24,188 nucleotides of DNA from a virus. Its lineage: Duplodnaviria > Caudoviricetes. Where the stretch lies: positions 1-24,188 of IMG/VR virus record IMGVR_UViG_3300012952_000135; one strand, 5' to 3'. Under the pieces are notes generated by a model. That model was not told where the DNA came from. It saw nothing but the letters and a program-made list of their open reading frames with translations, and ran no database searches. Shown in pieces: positions 10,301-22,300 of the stretch (its first letter is position 1; every line of letters starts with the position of its first letter). Made by a program: the position numbers and the translations under genes.

Positions 10301-13300
10301 GAAAATAACAACATATACATCGTAGGTTACACTGATACACAGGCAATCGATGCTAATGATATTTGGATTATCCAATCTAATAATGATGGTGACTTAAAAG
10401 AGAAACGTAAGATATCTTCTGCAAATGGTGATGAGGATATTACTCAGATTAGATGGATAGCAAATAGTCAATTCTTCTTTACTGGCGTTAACCAGACTAC
10501 TGACAACTTAATATATGGCACATTCTCATATGACGGATCAAATATCAACGTTGATTATGTTAAACAGATTCCTGCACTTGGTGGTTATGTAAGAAACCCA
10601 AGATTTACTATTGACGAATATAATGATGTATTCTTCTTATATGATGTCTATAATAATGCAAATGGTAAGTTTGAGAAGATGCAACTTGGTAAGATTCCTC
10701 TTGCCGATGCAAATGCAACTGAAATCATACCTCCTTCTTCTACTCCTACAGCAAAACCATGGTTGTGGCGTAAGACACTTACACCTCAAGGTAATTATGT
10801 TTCTATCAAAAATACAGGATTACACGTTGATGTATTTGGTGATATTGTTGTTACTGCTGCTATCGACTATGACGAAGATAGAAAGGTAACTACTGTATCT
10901 TCACTTAAGTATGACGGCACAATTCAAGCAGAATCACTAATAGAAACAACTGATTCTGTTGGACAAGTTGGTAAGTCATCTATTGTCGATAACTCTGGAG
11001 ATATCATTACTTTCGGTGAAAGGTTGATTCCTAACCAACTTGCAGTTTATAGATTCGATGATACTGCGGATTTAGACTATGATACAACTAAACAGACTAT
11101 ATCTACTCTTACAATTCAAACACCTGCCAATGCTGTTGTAGATAATTCATATTACAAGTATGGCACTGGATCATTAAAATTCGATGCAGCAAACCGTGCT
11201 ACTGCTTCTGGTTTAGCATGGGAAGGACAAAACTGGACTACTGCAGCATGGTTTAGTATGAATACTACTGCATACGCTGCAGGTAATACACCTCATTTCT
11301 TTGACACTGTTGAAGTAAACGGCACTTCTGGTGTTTCTGTTTACCTAATGGGTATTGCTAGTGATGCAAACTTCGGTAAAATTATCTTAGAAGTAAATGG
11401 AAGTGTAGTTGCTTCATCTACAGAAACTACTTACTGGGGTAACTTTAGTGCAGCAGCATGGCACCATATTGCATTAGTTAAAGAGAATACTGGATCTGGT
11501 GTTTGGGAAATTAATGTTTACTATGATGGTAACCTTGCAATCACATATCAAACTCTAATTGATGTAAATATGGCATCTGTTGGATTGGGTGGCACTGCAC
11601 CTTCAGTTTCAACAAAAGCATTTATTGGTCATATTGATGATTGGATTATATCTAAACTTGCTGAGTTTGAGTCAACCTTTACTGCACCTCTAACGAAATA
11701 CCCACTATCTCATGAGATCAGTGATATGGTTGCTGTTAAGATTGATAAAGCACATACTTCTGGAAGAGGCACATATACACTAACCACACCAACCAACTAC
11801 ACTAATCTTACTATTAGCGAATGGACAACTGGCACATGGGCAGATGGTGGTTTACCTGCTATTGATCAGTGGGATGTTGGAGCAGGTGGTCTACAACTAC
11901 TCGACTTCACAGATTCGCCCTCAGTATACACACCAGTACAAACGTACACATGGACAAACAACAGAGAGCAGTTTGCATCTAAGTCTTCTACTATTCCTGT
12001 TAAGAATGGTCAAAAGATGTTTGTTACTGCAAACGTTGTCCCTAAATTCTATATTAAAGATGCAACCTACAGTAAGATTGATAACATCTATGAGTTGACA
12101 CTCAATCAAGATGTATTATTAAGTAAAGGTGCAATCCTACAACAATACAACTCTCTAGGAGTTGTACAAGCATACGGTACTATTGTAGAGACTCCTGTAG
12201 GCACTACTACTAATCCTGGTTTAGGTAATAAGTATAAAGTTGGTAAAATCTTCGGCACTATTAACAACACTGATCTATTGAGATCTACTGATGCTACAGA
12301 CATCAACGTAATCAGTGATCAGAAGTTTGTTGGTATTGAAGCAGAGGATCTTTGGGTAACAGGCACTGCATATGCTACTGCTGCTAGAGTATACTATGCT
12401 AAGAAAATATATGAAGCACAATCAGGTGGCACATCTGGTGTAACTCCTCCAACACACACTACAGGTGCTGTAAGTGATGGTGCTGTTACATGGGTGTTTA
12501 TTAGAAATGCAGGTGAGTTTGATATTGACATTCAAACTGAGCCATATCCTATACCTCAATATAGAGGACTGGATATGCAACGTTGGGATACTGGTATTCT
12601 ATATCCTGTTGGGTATCAAGTTTATTGGCAGCGTAACATATACGAAGTGACCGTTGCAGGTCCTTCTGGTAATACCCCTCCCACTCATACAAGTGGCACA
12701 GCATCTGATGGTGGCGTAACATGGGAATGGAAATCTACAGAATTAGCGTTGTCTGACTATGCTAGATTCCAACAATACAGTGATGGTGCATACTCAGTTA
12801 AGATTCTTAAGGTGCAACCTGCATCTTCCTACATACCTGGCGATGTTATTTCAATCAACTCTGCAAACATTGTTGTTGATGATGACGGTGCTGATGCATA
12901 TAAGATTGTTAAGGTAACTGGATTCCCATCTGTTAAAGAAGTTGAATTAACAACAACACTCAAGAAAGATATTAGGAAAGTTAGTGAAGCAAGATCAAAT
13001 CTTGTATATGCAACATCTGTCACTCCTCACAACTTTAGAGCTGACGATATCATCTTTACAGAAGGATTTACTACAACTGAATATAACGGATCATTCTTTA
13101 TCCGTGAAATATTTGGTAGTAGAGAATATGTATTTGGATTGAGGTCAACTGCTGCAGGAGATCCTTTATTCTTACAAGGTAGTATAAGCAACGTTAATAT
13201 CTATGCTAAGCATCCATCACTTACATTCATACGAAATCATCAGTATGTGTTTGATGTTGGAGATGCATCTAACTTAAATTACTATCTGTCATTTGCACAG

Positions 13301-16300
13301 GATAACCAGTATAAGTTGGAATATTCTTTCAATAATATTACTCGAGTCGGCACACCAGGTATTCAAGCAGAAGGTCTAAGACCATATGTTAAATTCTCTG
13401 CTATTGGTAATGTAACTAATATTTCTTACTACTTTGATCCATCTAGGATTGGAGCAATGTCTCCTGTTGGAGATAACTCCTTTGTTGATGTTATTAAGAC
13501 ACCTTATGATGGCACATTTACAATTTCTCAGATTGTAAATAACACTGAATTCAAATTCCCATTATTACTTGAGCCAGAAACATCAGCAGCTGAAGTCCAA
13601 GATGATGAATTTGGTAACCCATTTACTTTCTATTCAACAACATCTATCAAGGCAATCGGACCTATCAATACTATTAAGTTAGTATCACCAGGTGGATTCT
13701 ATCAGAGATTACCTATTATATCTGACATTGCATCATTCAGACAGATTGAGCGTATTACTATAACCTCAGGAGGTACTGAATATGCACCTGGCGTTTACTA
13801 CAACGTCCCTATTAACGGTGATGGAGAAGGTGGTCTAGCAACTATTACAGTTACACTTGATGAGGAGATTGGATCAGGCACAATCAGTAGTGTATCAGTT
13901 ACAGATCCAGGTAAAGGATATACAACTGCAACTATAGACGTTGATAGTATATCTGGTATTCTTGGTAATCAACTTGCAGGATCTGGTGCTGCATTAGCAG
14001 TTGTAATTCCTGATGAAGGTAGTGGTGCATCTGTATTCTTAACTGGTAAGAATATTGGTAAGATCAAGAGACTTAAAAATAACGAATTTGGTTTCGGTTA
14101 CTCTCATGACTACACCCTACGTCCTGAGATTACATTCCCAGTTAACCTACAACTATTCAATACTTCAATACTAACTGAGATTACTATAACCAATCCAGGT
14201 TCTGGTTACACATCTGCACCTGCAGTTGTAATCACAGGTGGTGGTGGATCAGGTGCTGAAGCAGAAGCGATTATTAAAAACAATCGTCTGAATGAGATTC
14301 TTATTAAGAATCCAGGTCAAGGATATTCATCTGAGCCAACTGTAACTCTAAAATCAGAATTTAACTACGTTGTTAACTTAGATCTTAACTATCTACAGTT
14401 TAACTTCCCACACGGTATTACAACAGGTGCTGCTATTCAGTTGCGTGCTGATACTGTAGGCACCACAACTGGTATTCTACCTAAACCAAGTAGTGCAGGT
14501 TTGACCAGTTTGATTGATGGGCAGATATACTATGCTATTGCTGATCAGTTAGAATCTGATCAATTACGCTTCGGATTAACGTTACAGGCCGCACAATCTG
14601 GAGACTTTATTACCTTCCTAACTCAAGGTGAAGGACGACAAACTCTCTTAACCGAGGTCTTTGGAGGTACTGCTGATGCTGTTGTTGCAACATCTAGATT
14701 CTTAGCAGGTGAAAAAGTATTCCAAGGTAACTCACCTGAGCAAGCAACTGCAGAAGGTTATGTTTCTACTAACACTGGTTGGCAGATAGGTCCTAAGATT
14801 CTTAAGATCGTTGATTACACTGGTAATTTTGTTGAGGGTGAGAAAGTATCTGGTGAGGTTTCTAAAGCATCTGGTATTATCGATAACTTGAGTATTGCTC
14901 GTGGTGTCTTAAATATTGACTCCATCACTACAACACCAGGCCGATTTATTGATGATGTTGGTAAACCATCTGAGATTGTCCAAAAAATTCAAGATAGTTT
15001 CTTCTATCAGTCATTCTCTTATGTTATCACATCTGAGATTCCTATCACAAGATGGAAGAAGCAAGTATTAGATAACAACCACCCAACTGGATTTAAGATG
15101 TTTGGTCAGTTACAACTGACTGGTGGTAAAGACGTATCAGGTAGAAAGGTTGGCACAGAGTTTATTAAAGAAGTTAATATTAATGAGTATACCAATGTAA
15201 ACCAAATTACATCATTCGGTGCTGCTGAGCCAATCTACACTGACTATAATAATACAGAGGTATTATTCAGAAGTAGAAGATTGACTTCATCTGAAGAAAT
15301 TCTAACTTCTATCGTTAAGAAGATTGATAATATTTCTGATGACTTTGATGGAATATTGAAATCATTCCCAATCACTGTTGAAGGCGAGGGTGTAATTGTT
15401 AAAGGTAATCAGTTGATGATTACTTTAAACGGTGTTATCCAGTCACCTGGTAGTGCATATCAGATTGTTGGAAACCAGATCGTATTTGCTGAGGCACCTA
15501 AAGCAGCATCTCAGGTCAGATATAGAAGTGTTAGATTTACAACTATACCAGTTTATAGAATTACATTAACAAACCCACAGGGTATATTCCCTGAGATGGG
15601 TCAACAAGTTAATGGTGAAACTTCTGATGCATATGCAACTGTTATTGACTCAGGGACATTCCATATTGATGTTATTAACATTACTGACGGACCTTTCGTA
15701 GTCAGTGAAATTCTTAAGAGGACAAACTTATTCACTGCTGTTGTAGCAAGTGTAGATCTTATTAATACTGAAAACCTCTTTAAATTCCAAGAAACAATCA
15801 CTAACTTTGACGGTGATATAGCAATCATTGAAGAGACCAACCTCGATGCAACAGGTGGTGCAACAGACACATTACTATTAAGTAAGACTTCAGGTACCTC
15901 AAGATATGAAACTGGTATCTTTGATATTAGATTAAATGAATACATCTACTCAAGTAACTCTAAGATTGTTGCTCAGATCACATTCATTAGTCCATATCTA
16001 GATCCTAATACTGGTCAACCTGTTGATACTCTAATCATTAACAAAGGATCTACATTCTTCGGTCTTATCTACGAGAGACTTGTTGCTATCCAGAATCCTA
16101 ACGTTATACTTGATGATATTTCTCAGTCAAGTATTACACCAGTACAATTGTACGATTCAGCAGTAAGAATCAACGAAGACTTCCTAGACTTTGAAGAAGT
16201 TAGAAGCACTGAGATTGAATATGATAATCTTTCTAGTGGCACATTTGCTAAAGGCGATGCTCTAAGAAACAAAGCAATCTTCTATGCAAACCTTGTAGGT

Positions 16301-19300
16301 AATGCAGGTAATAGAAAGAATGATGGTGCTAGAAGTATCGGTAGAAACAAGCAGGAAATTATTGACAGAGCAGAGCGTTGGGTTGCAGTAGAGCATCCTG
16401 ACTTCTACTATCCTGGCGATGTCCAAACAAATACAACCTCAAGATTCAGAGATGCACATCGCATGATCTGGAAGAATATTGAAGCGATTAAACTACAATC
16501 ATATGATTTACAGAAGACACAATTTACTGGCACTAGTGCAGGTGACAAAGCAGGATATGTAGATGATGCTAGACTATGGTTAGAGTGTATTGCTTTAGAT
16601 ATTCACTCAGGTGGTAACCAATACTCCTTGAAGTGGATCAACGAATACTTCTCTGATTCAAGCACACTATCATATAGTAGAGCACAATCTGAGCTCATCT
16701 ATATTATTGAGCAAGCAAAGATACTTGTGATGTCAGCCATCACTAACCAGTTAACTGGTGTATTCAGTGCAACCAACTCTACTGACGAAGCAACTTATTA
16801 TGCAGACCTCTCAATCACAGCAGACCCATCACCAGGTTCTGCGTATGCGACTCCAGGCAGCAATACAGATAACGCTACTACTACTAATTGCAGCGACGTG
16901 CAGTCTGCAATTAGCACTATCTGGACGTGGCAAAACGAAGCATTAACTGCAGGTAATCTAAACAATATTCCTGCTGAAATTTCTCCTACAACTTCTATTG
17001 GTCAAGAAAAATGTCGTCGTGACCTAGGACTCTTTATCGATGCACTTGCTGATGATTTAGGAGCAGGTGGTGAATTCCAATGTCAGAATTTTGCAGAGCA
17101 ATACTTTGACACTACTGGTAACTTTATCCTTAATGGATTCTATGGTGAAGTTGCTGAATCACAAACTGCAATATTGAAAGCAAGAGATACAATGATGTAT
17201 GCTATCAATAACTTGCTCTTTGTAAAAGATATTGGTAACGAAGGATATAACTTAAATGATCCTCTAACATATGGTGGATCTGCTCCTGCACATACTTACG
17301 ATAATAACTACTCAGCTGGTAATGCTCAGAGTTTAAGTAACTGTGCTGATGTGCAGCAGAATATCACATTCTTAACTGATATTGTTATTCACTCTGTTAC
17401 TGCAGAAAATACACATAACCTTACAGGTGCTATTTCTTATACATCTGAAGGCACAGGTGGTCCTAAGATCACTGGTGTATTTGCTGATCCAGTGCCTCAA
17501 ACAAGTCTTAAGATTGATGGTGCAAACCTTCTACTTAATAACAAAGAATTTATTGCAGCAGAAGCACTTCATATTTACAAAACTGCTAATGCAGGATTTA
17601 CTCCACATCAAACTGATGCTGATTGTATAGATGATATTAAAGATGTAGTTGAAGCGATTGCTTACGACCTTAAGTATGGTGGTAACAGTAGAGTTTATGA
17701 TGCTGCAACTTATGCTATTGCTTATGATGACTCTCCTACAACTGCATCACAAATCAATGGAATATATGCTGAAGCACAGACTATTGCAGGTAATGTAATA
17801 CAAAACGGCACAGATACATTCACAGTAGCTAACGTAAACAACAGCAACAGGACATTTGATGTCACAGTCCCAACCGTCACACTCAACGCAGGTGACGCAT
17901 TAACATATGTTGGTAATGGTAAGATGGTTGTGGCACCTCCACAATTCACACCAACTGGTGCAACATATGATCCTGTAACTGGAGATTTAGTCCTTACTAT
18001 TGGATCTCATAGTATTACTGCAGGTAGATTTGTAACTATCGCTGCTAATAGTTTGACATTTAATTGCACAATGGATAGTGGATCTTCTAATAAGACATAT
18101 CCTAGAGAATCAGATCCTTACTACAACAAACCTTTAGAGGTTACTTCTGTTGTTGCAAACACATCTATTACAGTTAATGTTGGTGCATCTCCTGAGATAA
18201 AATTCACTCCTACTGCTGTTACATACAGTCCATCTAGCGGTGTGATGGTAATGACTATTGGTGAGCATAGATTAGAGGCAGGCACTGCTATTAAGTTTGC
18301 ACAAGAATCATTAGTCTTTAGATGCTCTCAAGATAACTATCTAACTGATCATGCTTATCCAAGGACAACTGATCCATACTTTAATACTGCGGTAACAATT
18401 ACAGCAGCAACTGCAACTACAATTACTGTAAACGTGGGTGTTGCAACTGCAGCAGGTCAGTATGAGCATGTCTTCCAAAGTGCATCTTTCGGTGCTGTTA
18501 TCACAGGTGGTAACTATACACATACATTTGTAAGTGCTACAAGTAATGCAGTAACATTAGATAACACTGCAGACATTGCTAACGCAGTTTATGACGTTGG
18601 CACAGGCACACTTTCTATCACTCTTGCAGAAAATTATACTCCAACATTAAGTAACGGAAACACAGTAAGACTTCATTACTTACATTTCGTATCTAAGACA
18701 TTTGGTGATTACTACTATCCTAGATTTGCTGCTACAGGAATTCATGGTAAGAAACAGTGGTTTGATACTGATTTGACACCCGTCAACACAGACACAAATG
18801 CATGTGCAACTGTTGTATCTGCATTCAACACACTTATGAGTGTATACACAACTGCATACACCAACAACAATATGGCACACGCCACAAGGACTGCTCCTAC
18901 TGAAAGGACAATCACTGATGGTGGTTATACTGCAGGTGAAACTCTTCGTGTTACAAAATATGCTTATAAGGATCCATCAAGAGGTCTATTCTTACCTGGC
19001 GAAAACCTTAAGGGTGTTACAACAAATGCATCTGCTCCTATTAAAGGATCTAACAGTGGTCTTAAGTGGATCTATGGTGGTAACGCTACTGGCACATTCA
19101 GTCTTGGAGAATATGTAACTAACTCTACTTTAGTTAATAGTAGTTGCACAGTTGATGATATTACAATCTTATCTGCTCTTTCTAATTCTACAAAATCAAT
19201 TAGAATTCCTAACACAGGACAGATTGTCCAAACAGAAAGAAATGACTTTAAGTTTGGCACAGGTGACTTCACTATTGAAATGAGACTTCGTGCTGATGCC

Positions 19301-22300
19301 ATATCAGGTAACCAAATTATCTTCGATATGAGACGCCCAGAAGCGTCCTCAACAGGGTTGAATCTAGTATTGAATGCAAGTGGTAATGTAATCCTTAATA
19401 ACGGTGGAAGTGCTCTTATCACATCTACTAATACTCTCATTGCTGCAAGATGGCATCACATTGCTATTGTTAGAAAAACCGCTGTAACTTCAATGTATAT
19501 TGATGGTGTGCAGCAAACAAACTATGCAGATACAAACACATATCCATTTGCAAGATTTGCTCTTGGTAAGGATGTTTCTAACGCTCAACAGTTTATAGGT
19601 AACTTTGATAATCTTATCGTCAGAAAAGGCACTGCTGATTATGATGCTGCAACAATTACTCCTCCTTCAGATCCTGACTTTACTAGGACTGGTATTGTAT
19701 TAGGAATTAATGGTGAGGCACCATTTGTAGTATCTACAACTGAAACATACGCTACACTTACTGGTTTAACTAATTCATCATCTACACTTAAATCTATTGA
19801 TTACCTCAACAAACGTATTACTATTGAGGAAGTAGATCTTGGTAGAGAAATTTACAGAGACGCTGCAGATATAATTGACATCAACCGTGACTGGATTGCT
19901 GAAGAAGCAGTTGGAATTATGCAAGCATACTTCCCTGACTTTGTAATACCTGGTGATATTTACGGTGCGTCTTCTTCAATGAGTGGCACAAACGTTTGTA
20001 TCAGAGATACTAGAGATTATATCTTACCTGCTATTGTAAAAGATCTAAGAGAAGGTGGTAACTACAACGTTATCGTTACTGCTCGTTTCTACCGCACAAG
20101 AGGTGGAGAGATTGAGTATATCGGTCAAGAATTACTACAGACATTATATGCATGGCGTGAAGTTGTAAAACTTTGTAAGGAAGTTATCAATACATCTTCC
20201 ACAGATCTTACAGGCACATATACAACTAAACTTCGTGTCCCACATGCACTTACTGGCACAACTCAAGTAGAATCTCAGTTAGACGTATTGGGTGATTATA
20301 TTGCTGACGTCCTTGCTCCTACTGGACATAGATTTAGAGATGCAGGTGCACTAATCTGGAAGAATAGAGACTACATTGCAGAAGAGGCAGTTGGTTATAT
20401 TAACGCACTTTATACTAAGACTATTAATAGTGTCCCTGTCGAATTCTTAACTATTCCTAACAATACTAAGTGTATTCGTGATCTTAAAGATCATGTATTA
20501 CCTGCAGTGATTGGCGACATCATTATGGGTGGTAATGCTGAGACACAGAAAGTTATTGATAGTTACTTGAATAGTGATAGTGAGATTCTTTATATCACTG
20601 ATGAATTGCAACCAATGATTGATGCAATTCACTACACAGAGATGCTTGCATTGAAGGCAGTTAATAACTTACTTCTATCACCAGGCGAAACTTCTGCTGC
20701 TCTTGGTGTTGGTGCAACTTATCAAGACGAATTTTACCCTCCATTATATACAAACAGGACAGCATATAGAGATGCAACTATTACTTACGATCCTAAGCAG
20801 TTTGATCAATCAAGATCAGGAGCTAACAAATACCTTGATGCTGCAAATCTAATTGATGAGAATGCAAGAGTAATTGCTAAGGAAGCAGTTTCTACAATGA
20901 ATGACCTTTCTAAGTATGGATCATTTATTGTCCCAACTGGCAACCCTGTAGATTGTGAAGATGACGTTGTTGATATCTTGGCAGGTGTTGCTCATGATTT
21001 ACGTCATGGTGGTAACTCTGAGATCTTTAGGATCGGTAAACTTTATGTAAGATCTGACGGTGGTATTAAACACATCGAAGGTGAAACAGAAGCATCTAAA
21101 TCTGTATTTAAGATTGCTAGAGATATGGCAATCACAACAATTAGAAATGGATTTGGTCGTGACACTTTACCTGGTCATAACGATGTAACTTTCCAAGAAT
21201 CTAGTTACGAAAGAAATGGTGCTTCTAATAATAGAATCCATGCTGCTCGTGCTATCGAAAGAAACATTAGATTTATTGCAGAAGAAGCAGTCCATCGTGG
21301 ATTAGATCAGTATCCTTCATTGAGTATCAATGGTGGAAGTAGTGCACTATGGGATCAAGAATTTACTCCTACAGATATTGCTTATAACTCTTCTAATGGT
21401 TTGATGGTAATCACTATTGGAGATCATGATATTCAAAGAGGTGACACAGTTAGATTTACTCCTCTAGGTATTACATTACGTTGCTCACAAGATAACTATG
21501 CAACAGATCATCCATATCCAAGGACAACTGATCCTTATTATGAGAAACCATGTTTAGTCCTTGACCATACATTGACAACTATTACAGTTAATGTAGGTGC
21601 GTCTCCTGTAGGTCAACAATATACTCACCAATTCCAGAGTGCTCTACCAGGATCTGTTAAGTTAGGTGATAAGATGGGTGGTCAGCAAATGACACCTACA
21701 AACATCACTTACAACAGTGCAACTGGTGACATGGTGATGACTATTCCTAACCATGTGTTTAACGTTGGCAATCGTATGATGATTGCTCCTAATTCATTAG
21801 TGTTTACTTGCACTCAGGATAACAACGCATCTAATCATTCATATCCTAGGACAACCGATCCTTATTACAATAAAACAACTGCTGTTACAGCTGTAAGCAC
21901 TGGTGGAGTTAATATTACAAATGCAACTTACCAAGAAACAACTGGAATCTTGCAGATTACATCTGCAGGTCATGGTCTTGTAACTGGAAACAGAGTCAAG
22001 ATTGCAACTGATGGTATCACATTTACTTGCACACAAGATGGTAATTCTACTAACCATTCATACCCAAGAGCAACCGACCCTGCTGCTGATAAATGGTTGC
22101 TTGTAACTAAGGTTGATGATGATAATATTAAGGTTAACGTTTATCCTTCACAGGTTGGTCAGCAATATCCTCACACATTTGTAAGTGCATCTAACGGTGC
22201 ATTAATTAAACAGGGTGGCACGGTAACAGTTAATATTGGAGCATCACCTGCAGGTCAACAATATACTCACACATTTGTAAGTGCTGCACACAATGCTATC

